Part shown: positions 25,800 to 38,727 of the stretch, piece by piece
Numbering within the stretch: the stretch's first letter is position 1
Layout: each line of letters begins with the position of its first letter
From: Octopus sinensis
Taxonomy: Eukaryota
Assembly: GCF_006345805.1 (NCBI RefSeq)
Contig: NC_043011.1
Location: forward strand, 12,846,464-12,910,463
Length of the DNA: 64,000 nt
Direction: 5' to 3'
The notes under the pieces: model-generated
Told to the model about the DNA's origin: nothing
What the model saw: the letters and a program-made list of their open reading frames with translations, nothing else
Database searches by the model: none
Position numbers and translations under genes: made by a program

Positions 25800-26569
25800 T
25801 TATATAATAATAACTAAATAAACTTCTATAATGAAGAAAATGTAATTAATAACAATACATAGGTTAATATAGTTAAGTTGTAAAATGATTTAGAGATAGT
25901 ATTTACTTCTGACACAACCACTGAACTGCACCCATCAAAACTATAATTTAACAACTGCATTAGTCTACTGCTTTACAACTAGGACAGCAAGGGAATCTTA
26001 AGACTGCATTTTATTAAAATTCTATAAATTCGCGAAGCATGCAGAATTGCTACTGCTTTTGCTAGTAAACACTAAGGCTCTAGTCATTTGTTATTGTGAT
26101 AGTAGAGACGGGGGTGAATGGCAGACAAAATAGATAGAGAGAGAGGAAGAGAGATGAAGGGAAAGATGAAAGGTGGGGATGTGAAAGAACAGAACAAAAT
26201 GAAACAAAAGAGAAATGCCGATGACTCGACAAATGGATAATCATATACACACGCACGCACACACACATAATCACACACACAAAATATTTAAAGAAGGAAA
26301 ATGCAATGGCATTTTATGTTAGATATAAATATATAGATATTTATGATATAAAATATTTATATAGTCGACCGGTTTCGCTTATGCCAATTATATCTAAGTA
26401 GTTAGAGATGACGTTATAATTTCATGCTATCATAATAGGTTTACATTCCATGTTAGTAAGAGAACAGATATTTTGTAAATGAATCGGAAGGTAAATAAAT
26501 TGTAGTGGCGGTAAAGTTACTTTTTTAAAGTAACTTTATGTATATGAACTAAAATATTTACATAGTCCA

Positions 26570-27000
26570 AAATTGGTTATATGTTCATATTAAGACAGTT
26601 GATATTTTCAATAAATGTTGTCTCTTTTTTTAACCGTTGTTGTATAAAAGTTGTTCCATTGCATTGGTATATAGGGAATATTTTGAAGTTTGGTGGGAGA
26701 TTTCTCGCACATCTCATTTAGTGATATCTGTCTATATTTTGGGAAACTGATTTATTCTCTATGTAATTTTGTTCTCCACCTGAGCGACATACTTGTTTGT
26801 CCCATATAGTTGTGATCACATCCTGAACAAGTTATGATGTAGACTAAGTTTTCGGATGCACAAGTAAACTCAGTCTTAATTTTAAATCTTTGTCCTTGTT
26901 TAAACAAGGAATTCCGATCCTTTCAGTAGTATGAAACATATTCTACATTTAGGCCACCTACATTTTTTTAATTCCTGGTTCCGTTGTTGTTGAGTATAAT
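26570..27000 (-). pseudogene. Penelope-like element GIY-YIG endonuclease relic
   Basis: FTCASENLVYIITCSGCDHNYMGQTSMSLRWR..LHRE* and RLKKETTFIE on minus; stops present. Confidence 0.8.
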
Positions 27001-27203
27001 TTTACACCTGCCAGTGTTCGCTTATGTGATTTTGGTTGGGTTTTTCCCTTTATAATTTTTTTGTGCGTGCGGTGAATTTGATTCAACTGTGCATTTTCCT
27101 TCCTTTTTATACTTTTTATTACAACATTAAGATTGTAGTTTACAGCATAATTTATATATATATATGTATTTCATTCTATCTATATATTTATCTATCTATC
27201 TAA

Positions 27204-27235
<32 letters not shown>

Positions 27236-27534
27236 CTTTATATATATATATATATGTATATAACTTACTTTTCCATTTCCTTTTAGTTACTTCTCTTAGC
27301 TTGATTCAGACGGTAGGTAGAAACATACTATAGTATTAATATATAATTATGAAGAATGAATATATTTCTACAAGTTAATACAGCTAATAGCTATTTAAAT
27401 GCTACTTAAATTTATTTTAATTTGCGGCTCTAATTGAAAGTAAACAGCTAAAGCTGGTCTATATTCTTAGCAATATATTCATTTCCAATATACATCATAT
27501 CACGCAAGTATGAAAGTACGTACGCGCTTATGTG

Positions 27535-27836
27535 CTCATACATACACACATACATACATAAATACATACATACATGCATACATACAGACAGACAGACAGA
27601 TAGACATGCATACATACATACATACATACATACATACATACATACATACATACATACATAAAGAGAGACAGACAGACATGCATACATACATACATACATA
27701 CATACATACACATACATTCATACATACATACATTCATACATACATACAGACAGACAGGCAGACAGACATGCATACATACATACATACATATATACATACA
27801 TACATGCATACATACATACATACATACATACATACA

Positions 27837-27870
<34 letters not shown>

Positions 27871-28015
27871 CATATATGCATACATACATAGAGACAGACA
27901 GACATGCATACATACATACATACATACATACATACATACACATACATACATACATACATACATACATACATACATACATACACATACATACATACATACA
28001 TACATACATACACAT
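27535..28015. repeat. (TACA)n/(CAGA)n compound microsatellite
   Basis: Direct reading. Confidence 0.95.
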
Positions 28016-28570
28016 GTGTTACTGATTTTATAGGGATAGCGTGAAAGCTTTGGAACAAATAACTGAGACAGACAGACAGACAGACAGACAGACACAGGCA
28101 GGCAGGCAGGCAGGCAAACAGACACTCTACTTATTGCAATGCTTTGGAAATTTTTAATATCCACTTCACAGATACACATCTTGCTTATATAACTCGAGAT
28201 AAATTCCTCTCCATCTGCACCCCCCCCCCCCGTGCTTTTCACTCGAGCCCGAGGGGGAAGACTATGAAACCTGACCATCTTTTGCTTAATTGTTCTTAAT
28301 TGCATTTATCCTAGTCTGTTTCGTTTAATTTTTAAATGTGGGACAGAAGAGCAAGGCTTTCTTGCAGGTAGAAACGATCAGATAATAACTTGCTTGGCTA
28401 AGAAAAAAAAGCGAAAGGAGTCGAAGAATTAAATACTTCATTCGATTAACTCCCGAACTGACGACAGGAAGACAATCAAACGTTTGCGCCGACCTCGTTT
28501 GGAACAGATGTTGCCACTGGAAGCATTTCTAATTTCTCATATCTAAACTGATTTTATCCCATGCTTATCT

Positions 28571-28574
<4 letters not shown>

Positions 28575-28608
<34 letters not shown>

Positions 28609-29698
28609 GAGAAGAGAGAGGACGAGAGAGAGTGAGAGAGAGAGAGAGAAACGAGGAGAGTGAGGGGAGAGTGAGAGAAGAGAGAGTGAGAGAGAGAGAG
28701 TGAGGAGTGAGAGAGAGAGTGAGAGTGAGAGAGAGGAGAAAGAGAGGAGGAGTGAGAGAGAGAGAGTGAGAGAGGTGAGAGAGAAGCGTGAGAGTGAGAA
28801 GAGAGAGTGAGAGTGAGTGAGAGAGGAGAGAGAAAGAGAGTGAGAGTGGAGTGAGAGAGAGAGAGTGAGAGTGAGAGAGAGAGAGAGAGTGAGAGTGAGA
28901 GAGAGAGAGTGGAGAGAGAGAGTGAGGGAGCAGAGTGAGAGTAGAGAGTGAGAGGAGAGAGAGAGTGAGAGGAGAGGAGTGAGAGAGAGAGTGAGAGGAG
29001 AGAGAGAGTGAGAGTGAGAGTGAGAGTGAGAGAAGAGAGTGAAGAGAGAGAGAGAGAGAGAGAGAGATGAGAGAGAGAGAGAGTGAGAGAGCGAGAGAGA
29101 GATTGAGGAGAGAGAGAGAGAGAGATGAGAGAGTGAGAGGAGAGTGAGAGAGGAGTGAGAGTGAGAGAGAGAGTGAGAGAGAGAGTGAGAGAGAGAGAAG
29201 AGAGTTTGAGACGAGAGAGGAGAGAGAGATTGGAGATTGAGAGAGAGAGTGAGAGAGTGAGAGAGAGAGTGAGAGAGAGAGTGAGAGTGAGAGAGAGAGT
29301 GAGAGTGAGAGTGAGAGTGAGAGAGAGAGTGAGAGAGAGAGAGAGAGGGTGAGAGAGAGAGTGAGAGAGAGAGAGAGAGATTGAGAGAGAGAGGTAAAAC
29401 TAGTAGAAGTATGTTTTTGTTTATGCTTATCTGTATGAACATATCTCTAGTCTTAGTTAGTGCGTGCATGCGTGCGTGCGTGTGTGTGCGAGTGCATGTG
29501 TGCATGTATCTGTGTACGTGCGTCTGTGTGTGTGTGTGTATCGTGTATCTGTGTATGTGCGTGTGTGTGTATGTGCGTGTGAGCATGTGCGTGTGTGTGT
29601 GTGTATCTGTGTATGTGCGTGTGTGTGTGTGTGTGCGTGTGTGTATCTGTGTACGTGCGTCTGTGTGTGTGTATCTGTGTGTATGTGTGCGTGTGTGT
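28575..29698. repeat. Long (GA)n/(GAGT) tract followed by a degenerate (GT)n tract
   Basis: Direct reading; source of the 390-aa SL/HT pseudo-ORF. Confidence 0.95.
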
Positions 29699-30137
29699 AA
29701 AAAAAATGGAATCACTTTCAGGCATCAAAGATGTTGCATAAACAGTAAACTTGTGTATTGTTTCGACGAAGAAAGGTAATAGTAGTCACGCGGAATCCCG
29801 AGAGTCAAATGAAATAGCACAATTGTTGGAAACAAATTCATATCTTCATTGTTTCGATAACTAATATTGAAAGAAGTAACGCTTTAAACAGCTGTTCTTG
29901 TCTTTATTGTCTTTATCTTTTGCATTCATTTCAATAAATTTTTATTTTCTACAATGAAAATGGTTCACATCCCTAGCAGAACGGAAACAAACAGCAACAG
30001 CGATGATGAGACATTTGAATGAGCATGCGCATTTAGACAAAGAGAAACACAGGGAAGATAATTAACTTCACAGTAAATATAACCAGTGCCTTTCGAATAT
30101 CAAAATTACTCCAGGCCAACAATGGAATGGTCTATGA

Positions 30138-30356
30138 CAGTGGTTTTCAACCAGGGTTCCGCGGAACCTTAGGGTTCCGCCAGTACAGTCCAGGGGTTCC
30201 GCAAGAAGTTACAAAACTGCTAAAATCGGCAGTAATTTTTAATTCTCCTGTGCAGATATGTGTGCATAAGACAATTAAATTATTGCACAGGGGTTCCTCG
30301 AGCCAGTGAAAGGATTTCTTGGGGTTCCGCTCCAGCAAAAAGTTTGAAAAGCACTG
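30138..30356. mobile_element. hAT (Charlie-like) MITE
   Basis: CAGTG...CACTG TIRs; perfect 8-bp TSD gtctatga (30130-30137 / 30357-30364); repeated gggttcc motifs. Confidence 0.9.
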
Positions 30357-31306
30357 GTCTATGATGTATTCGGTCAATGATGTGTCCGTTAAGATGCACT
30401 TTTTAAAATCCGAAAAAACGTTGCTCTAGGTATTTACACAAGCTTTTTAAAAAGTTCAGTTTTTCAAGCGAGCATATGGAACATCTTTTTGACCCGTTAA
30501 TATATAGTTTGGTCTTAGAAAGGACCTTCCAATCGTAAGTCTCCAGACTAATGCCGAGAGGGTCGCTGCATGTCTCTTTAGAATATCTAAAATATATTGA
30601 TAAACACACTTACCATCTACCTATTGTATTTAGAAACGTGATTCCGAACATTAGTGGTAGAATTACCCATCTTTCTTCATCTAGAAACATATTTGAAAAA
30701 GCACCCCTATATTATATATAATAAGGCTCTACGGAATGGCAGCTTCACTGATAAAATCTATTGTAACCCTGCACCTCTTCAACCATCTGTTCGTAAGAAT
30801 AGGTCCCGCAATATTTTATAGCTCGTTCCACCCTTTTCCCTAAATGTTAGGACAAATATATGCAGAAGATTCTTGCACTTTTAGATAATCACTTTCCCAG
30901 CAGTCATAAGTATATAAAGATGTTTAATAGTCATACGGTTAAAATCACTCGTTCATGTCCCACACCCTTAATGTAAAGGCTTGTGTCAATAAGCAACCGG
31001 TGATTCAGATCTGTCCCATCTGGACACTCTAAATGTCCTCTACGGCAGGTATGTAGTACATCCTTCGTTTTTATGAAGCACAGATATCATCAAACTATGG
31101 CAACATCCGGAAAGAAAACACCTGTATGAGTTCACGTGTGTATATTTGTGTGTGTGTGTGTGTATTTTCAATGTGTACAAAAACATGGAAAAAATAAATA
31201 GTTACAAGGTAGCAAAAATTCACATAAGTGCCAAGGATATTACAGCCTACTTATAAAGGTAGAAATTCCAGGATTAAGTGAAATGTCTTTGTATAACATG
31301 GATAAA

Positions 31307-31716
31307 TTAAGAAATGGAGTCAAACGCAGGTGTTATTCAAATCTTTATATTTCCGACAGATGTTTTGAAGAAAACATTGATATTATTCCGGAGGGAATAA
31401 AATGATGTAAAACAATGCGATCTTCTCATCAGAGACCAAACTAATTTAATACGCCCAGTACTGTTGCGTTTATCTATTAACGGTTTTTTAAAAAATTACT
31501 TGCCAGCGTTCCTCTTCATCATATACGCGGTTATCACATTCGGTTAAAATGGTTTATTGATGTCTTTTGTGTCTCTAGTTTTCCCTGGCGCGATGATTGC
31601 ATTGTTTTACACTATTTTATTCCCTCCGGAATAATATCAATGTTTTCTTCGAAACATATGTCGGAAGTATAAGTATCAAGATTTGAATAACACCTGCGTT
31701 TGACTCCATTTCTTAA
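31307..31716. repeat. Inverted repeat (~135-bp arms), each arm with a defective hammerhead; Penelope-type inverted repeat or fold-back MITE
   Basis: ttaagaaatggagtcaaacgcagg... / ...cctgcgtttgactccatttcttaa; hammerhead motifs at 31349-31436 (-) and 31581-31666 (+). Confidence 0.75.
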
Positions 31717-31724
31717 TCTATCTA

Positions 31725-31725
31725 T

Positions 31726-31821
<96 letters not shown>

Positions 31822-31866
31822 ATCTATCTATCTACCTACCTACCTACCTACCTACCTACCTACCTA

Positions 31867-31955
<89 letters not shown>
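31725..31955. repeat. (CTAT)n(CTAC)n(TA)n(GT)n compound microsatellite
   Basis: Direct reading. Confidence 0.95.
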
Positions 31956-32248
31956 ATAGGATAAACAGAATGATTTATAAAGAGAAGAATTGCTAACCAC
32001 GAAAGTAGTTTTAGGAACCGTCTTAGTAAGTTCATTTGGAGTATATAAGACAACGTTAAGAGTTACAAAATTAAATGGAAAAGTTTGAATCATGCTAAAC
32101 CGTATAGTACCGATGATAAGAGGTGGCAGTTTTGTGTGGAAGATATCTACCAAATATTAGCTGCCACACATCAGCTATTGAATTCTAAGAATAAAATTTT
32201 TAGCTTGTGTATACGCCTCTAAGTATCGTTTCTTTAAATATTGCTAGA

Positions 32249-32622
32249 TCTTCTCTCTATATATAAACAGCAGTTTGTCTGTGTGTGTTTCTGTGTGTCT
32301 GTTAGGTTGTACCCTCACCCTGACCACGGCTTTCAACCGATTCTGATGAAACTTGACACACACATAGCCCAATGTCATAATTCAAAACTAACGCAGCGAA
32401 AATTTTGAAAAGTTCCCCCAGTCCTGAAAAAAATCGATAAATTCGACATGGGGTCGAGAATCAGAAACACAAACCACAGACTGTCTAGGGGACGCAACTC
32501 GACCTTTTTAACTAAAAAAAAATTTATCATCATTTTTTTCCCATTTTTTGGCTATAACTCTCTAAAAATGCTTTATAGTTATTTCCCTTACAAACCCGAG
32601 CAACGCCGGGCGATACAGCTAG
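32249..32622 (+). mobile_element. Non-autonomous Helitron
   Basis: TC start ...ctctatatataaacagcag; the 3' ~110 bp, hairpin and CTAG|T match 10097-10494. Confidence 0.75.
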
Positions 32623-33164
32623 TCATATATTAAATAGATACATGCAAAGTAATATACTGTAATAAAGTAAAAACATATAGTTTATGATTTTCATATAAAT
32701 AGAATTGTAAGACAATTGATTTATTAATATAATTACTATATAAACAGGCAACCTTCGATAGTGATAAGCTTGTTGTTTCTTCAATATCAAATAATCCGTT
32801 AACGTAATACAATAATTTTATACAGTCACGAAATATTCCATCTCTGCACAATGAATTTATTAATAACAATCTTGATTAACTTTAATTAATATCACAAAAA
32901 TATTACAATTAATTTAATTTAATCAATTTAATTTTTTAACATGTAATATAATATCTTTATACTCTGACATACACGCATACATATAACAGATATATGTGAT
33001 AAACACATATATATACGCTACTAGTTTTTAGGTGTATATACAAATATATAGATAATAAATTATTCCTATATAAAAACCAAAAGTATGTATTATCGGAATT
33101 CTGATAGACCATATATATTAGATACTTAATTATAATGTAATATTATAGAATCATATCTCTGTTC

Positions 33165-33586
33165 TTTTCTTCTTTCATTTGTTTCAGTCATTTGACTGCG
33201 GCCATGCTGGAGCACCGCATTTAGCCGAACAAATCGACCCCAGGACTTATTCTTTGTAAGCCTAGTCCATATTCTATCGGTTTCTTTTGCTGAACCGGTA
33301 AGTTACGGGGACATAAACATACCAGCATCGGTTGTCAAGCGATGGCGTGAAGGGAACAAATACAGACACACAAACAAACACACACACACACACGTATATG
33401 TAGATACGACGAGCTTCTTTCAGTTTCCGTCTACCAAATCCACTCACAAGTCTTTGGTCGGCCCGAGGCTATAGCAAAAGACACTTACACAAGATGCCAC
33501 ACAGTGGGGCTGAACCGAGAACCATGTGGCTGGTAAGAAAGCTACTTGCAACACAGCCACACCTGCGCCTAGCCACTCCTGCGCCT
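33165..33586 (-). mobile_element. SINE family C, full copy with a duplicated 5' end
   Basis: Matches 23311-23736; agccacacctgcgcct agccactcctgcgcct tandem at the head. Confidence 0.85.
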
Positions 33587-33896
33587 GTATGTAAAATTAA
33601 TTTATAAATGCAAGAATCGTATAATCAATAATTTTTATATAATCTAAATCGAATTAATTAAAATAATCAATTAACCTTGTTAACTGCTATATAATTGGAT
33701 AAACTTCAATATAGATAATTTAGACGATCATTTAAGCAAACAATTTAATGACGTAATACACCTAATCGGTGTTAGGCAACCACGTAATACGCAATTTCTT
33801 AGTATCTACACCATGAATCGACAAGTAATAATATAACTCTTAATTTTTATAATCTTAATTAACTTCCATTAGTATTATAGAAATATTAAAATTAAT

Positions 33897-34101
33897 GGGT
33901 CTTTTCGGTTTGACCGGTAGTTTTTTAAAATAATTTCTATGTAACTAAAAAATGTTAAACTTCGTATACTGGTAGAATGTGCTTATAAAACATCTTTTTC
34001 TCTTGGCTTTCTTGAGAAAATTCTGTAGTTTGTAAGATATTTGGTCTTTAATTTCTTGCATTTCGGCAATTTCAACCAATCAATGACGTCTATTGAAGTG
34101 A
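33897..34101 (+). mobile_element. Sister-subfamily left arm of MITE A (205 bp)
   Basis: Same diagnostic changes and the same end-point as 20822-21026. Confidence 0.75.
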
Positions 34102-34729
34102 TAATGGTAGATAATGGTTATATTTTTCATTTTTCTGTATTTTATATATTTATTACTATTTGTTTTTATTTTTATTATTTTTTACCCTTATATAACATTT
34201 TTATCTTCATCTTTTAATATCATTCTTTTATATTTTATTTTAGTTTTTTAAATATATTTATTATTATTTTATTACTGTTTATATTATTAGCATAAACATA
34301 CAATTAAAGATACATATTTCTTAATTATTCTTAGTCTGTTGATATCATTCAATCCATAAACACGTAGTCTTTTTTCCAGTATTCTCAAGTACTGATGAAA
34401 TTCTACCCAATATCATTCAAAATACTATTTTATTCTTATCATTGGATTTATTCCAACTTTTGAATTATGCAGTTATTTGTTGGACTGAATTGAAACATAC
34501 GTAGGCTTTATTTGACTTTATTTTAGCAGTATGTTAATAAACATTTTTATACTAGCTAACCACTTAATCAAATCCTTCAACCTGAATGCAACATTCAAAA
34601 TAATGCCTGGATTTACCTGTGATTATACTTAAGGACCTATACCTTCACGAAAGTACGGACCAACCTCCATACCCTCCGGAAGGAGATCGGCTGTGAACTT
34701 TATTCTCCTGTCTGTATTCTTCTATCTAC

Positions 34730-34866
34730 TCTTTTATTCCTTTATAAACTGTGAATTCCCTGTCTAGAACTTTCATACATACCCCACCTCGTCTCTGATG
34801 GCGGAATACCCAGTGTATGGAGATGCTAACGTATTACTTGAGATATCCCAGAAACAGCTGTAAGAC
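34730..34866 (+). repeat. Penelope-type repeat arm with a variant hammerhead-like motif
   Basis: gtct-CTGATGG...GAAAC-agct-GTA-agac (34791-34866); inverted copy at 35553-35675. Confidence 0.55.
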
Positions 34867-35000
34867 ATCCAATAATCAATTAATTGATTAATTAACTAAT
34901 TAATTAATCAACTACCTCAAATTCACCTTACTTTAATTAAATATTCTAAATGACTTGAGATATTCATCTTGTCTTAGTTTTTGTTGTCCTTTTTCTTCTA

Positions 35001-35043
<43 letters not shown>

Positions 35044-35256
35044 CGTGCGCGTGTGTGTATTTATGTATCATTTAATATATACTGGAGTTATGCATGGTTA
35101 CAATTAGTTTCATATTTGGATGGTACAGTTATCGGATGGGTAGCCGGGACACTATCTGCGGATAATGCTTGAAGTGTCTCATGTATAACTCTTGTATTCA
35201 TGTGTATGTGTGTGCGGGCGTCTGTGTGTGTGTGTGTGTGTGTGGTGTGGTGTGTG

Positions 35257-35291
<35 letters not shown>

Positions 35292-35552
35292 GTGTGTGTG
35301 TGTGTATTCCACTTGAATGCTTTTGCTGAGTCTATCAACAAACGAAATATGCATGTATGTTCTACGTATGTATCTCCATATTCGAGGAATAGACTAGTTC
35401 CGAAGTTGCTCGTTCTAGTCCTCACATACCTAGAAAGCTTCTAGGAAGCTTTCTTTGTAAGATAATTTGGGTAGTTTGGGTTCAATATAATACGAATTGA
35501 TATTAGGAGACAAAGTAAATATCCTCCATAGAAATGATCAGAATAACATTCA

Positions 35553-35675
35553 TGTTTCTGGGATATCTCAAGTGATAGGTTAGCATCTCCATACACTGGG
35601 TATTCCGCCATCAGAGAAAGGTGGGGTATGTATGAAAGTTCTAAACAGGGAATTCACATTTTATAAAGGAATAAA
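35553..35675 (-). repeat. Inverted copy of 34730-34856
   Basis: Reverse complement is nearly identical; truncated just after GAAACA. Confidence 0.8.
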
Positions 35676-36986
35676 ATAATAGAAGGCTAGCCACTGGATT
35701 TGGTTAAAAAGAGACGATGAGCGATGGCTAGAAGGATATTGAGCTTAACTTCATAACCAGCTGATCTAGCAAGCGGGGCCTCATATCAGTGAGGGGGGCC
35801 GGTGCGCATTGATGCCGTCGAGAGGTAGGCCTCGAAATGGCGCGCATTCTCTCCTGATGACCCCATACACTTGCTGGCTTCCGGTATACGGAGCTTTTGA
35901 CTGGTAGCACTTGCATGTGCAAGTTGTTTGCAAGACATATAGCTCTTAATGTTTGAGTATTGTGTTCGAGTCCTATTTCGTTGGAACAGTTAACGCTCTA
36001 CAATCTCGTAGGATAAAACACTTGAAGTCTGTTGCTAGAACGGTCATGTGAAGATGAAGTAGAGAGAAGGAAAGACTGAGAAAGAGTGTGAGTTTGTTCA
36101 ATGAAGAGAACACGAAAGTGGAAAATGTAATAACAGCCAATGCTGTTTCATGACATAAAGGGAAAAATAATGGATAACTCCTAATGTAGAAGACACAAGA
36201 AAATAGTTTTCAGAAATGTTTCTTAAGAATGTACCTTTAATAAATACTACCTGAGTAGACTTTTACACCATTTCAGGAATCAAATACTTGAGAAAAATAT
36301 ACAGTTTCGTCTTAAAATTTCCAAAATAACTGCGGATTTTCCACAGGTGCGGTTAGTTAATATTAATATTATTATTAAATGTATTGAATAGTTTTATTCG
36401 AGTATTTTTACTGTTCGTTTTGTGTGATGTACGCATGTGATTTGCGATGAATGAATGTGTGTGTGAGAGAGAGAGTGTGTGTATGTGTGTGCGAGAATGT
36501 TTTCGTATAAGTGTATGTGTATGCAATGGCGTAGCTTATAGGGGGGGTCACAAGGGGAGTGACCGCTGCCCCCGAGCACATTTTTCAAAATTGATGCCTT
36601 TTCAAGTATTTTTACTCGAGTTCACTTATGTGATGAAAGTCGAATCTTGTTGTTGTTGTTGTTAATCGCATGACCTAGGAAGATCTTACTTTATTTGACC
36701 AAACTCCCCTGTTGTTGAACTGTCTACTCAATCTTCTGTGATGTGTTGATGGTCACTGACACTGAAGAACCAAAACAAACCCTGACCTCATAACCTCTCG
36801 ACACTGGACGATCCAGTGCAGTTTCATCTTATTCTCGTCACATTTATAATATCAGCAGTTATAAGTTTCATAGTTACTGAAACATGAAAGTAATTAATGA
36901 ATGTAGAATACAGTTACGTATATAATTATAACTAATGAAATATTTCGCGTAATGTAAGAGAAATAAGTTTAAAATTGTTTGGTATT

Positions 36987-37404
36987 GGATCTTTTCGGTT
37001 TGAACGCCAGTTTTTAACATAATTTCTAGGTAACTAAAAAATTTTAAACTTCGTAAACTTGTAGAATGTGTTTATAAAACATATTTTTCTCTTGGCTTTA
37101 TTAAGAAAATTCTATGGTTTCTAAGATATTTGTTGTTGTTTTTCTTCAATTTCTGCAATTTCAACCAATCAATGACGTCTATTGAGGTAAAAAAACATTC
37201 TGTGCCGTATGAATATGTCCCTCGTTTAAGAAACAGATTGGGTTTATTTACATTTGTGAAGAAAAAAAGATACCCTTCCTCCCACCCCTAACCCTAACCC
37301 TAAAACAGATTGAAATGCAATAGATCGATACTAGAGTCATAATTATGGGTGACAATTTCATATGACACCGCTACAAAAACCTGCTGTTCAAACCGAAAAG
37401 ATCC
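36987..37404 (+). mobile_element. MITE family A, full copy
   Basis: TIRs; degenerate TSD ttggtatt / ttgttatg. Confidence 0.85.
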
Positions 37405-37755
37405 TTGTTATGTGCCACGGTGCCTTATTTTGTGCTTGCTCCCCTCTGACTTTAGAACCTGCTTACACCTCTGTGTGTATGTGCATGTGCGTGAGTGTGT
37501 GTGCATGTGTGCGAGCGTGCGTGCGTGCGTGTAAACATATATATGTCAAAGTTTTGTTCTGTTCCATAGATGAAAGATGTAGATTTTAAATTATTTCAAG
37601 CTCAATGCATGAAATATGTAAAGCCTTTACTTAACTCTATGTTCTTCATGCGCAAGTGCAAGAATGTTGCTGAGGTTTCGAACAAGATACACTGACACAA
37701 TACTCTTTCAACCACCTATACCCTGTGTGTGTGTGTGCGTGTGAGTGTATATATA

Positions 37756-37823
<68 letters not shown>

Positions 37824-38005
37824 TACACTCATATATATGTAATTATTTTAGATGGTGTGATTTAATTGTTCATTTTGAATTGATAAAAGGTGGGCTTTTT
37901 CTAATTTTTTATATATATATATTATATTGTTTGAAATTTGATATATTATTTCTAAATTGAATTTTTTTTCCTTGTAAGTTTGGATTATATTCCCTCAAAT
38001 AATAA

Positions 38006-38057
<52 letters not shown>

Positions 38058-38727
38058 CACACACTGCCGTCCGAATTGTAGTAACGCGGTTGTGATGTGC
38101 GGCATGTCTTGAGTATTTTACAGCCAAGACACGTCGTATATCATAAAAAGGGGAAGGATCAGTCTTAGCATTGTTCTTGTGCATTATTTATCGATCCCGA
38201 TAGAATCGAAAACAAATTTGACTCGGGCAAATTCCAAATCAGAGAGCAAGGAGCCAGAAAAAACATGAAAGGGCCTTCTGTCTGTTACCGTAACGACTGC
38301 CAGTCTCTGTTAAATTACTTTGTATTATTGCGGGTGTGTGTATTGAAAAAATGTTCTTTCAAATGAGACAACATAACAGTAACCTTTGCTTAGAACTACA
38401 TGTAAATCCATGCATGTCCAACTTTTAATCAGGAGTATTACACGTCGTTCGTTTCTCGATTTTTGTGTCGTATTGTATTCATTTGAATAGATCATACAAT
38501 TTATGTCCAGGATCAGAATAACACTCGAGATCAGGTTGAAATAAAAAATGTTATGCTTACATCATAAATTACATAATCTTTACGCATGGGAATGTTATGC
38601 AATTTATAATGTAATAACAATAGATGCTGTTACAACCGAATGAGGGAATAATAAAAAAAATTCCTGTAACCGAATAACTAGTCTTATTCTGATCTTAGAT
38701 ATAAGCGTGTGTGCGTGTATGTGTGTG

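Noticed and set aside
26360-26440. CGAAACCGGUC motif on minus next to the GIY-YIG relic
   Set aside because: Probably a decayed Penelope hammerhead, but the 5' core could not be identified.
28543-29715. 390-aa ORF and the many HT/CV/YI/SL-rich ORFs
   Set aside because: These are translations of microsatellites.
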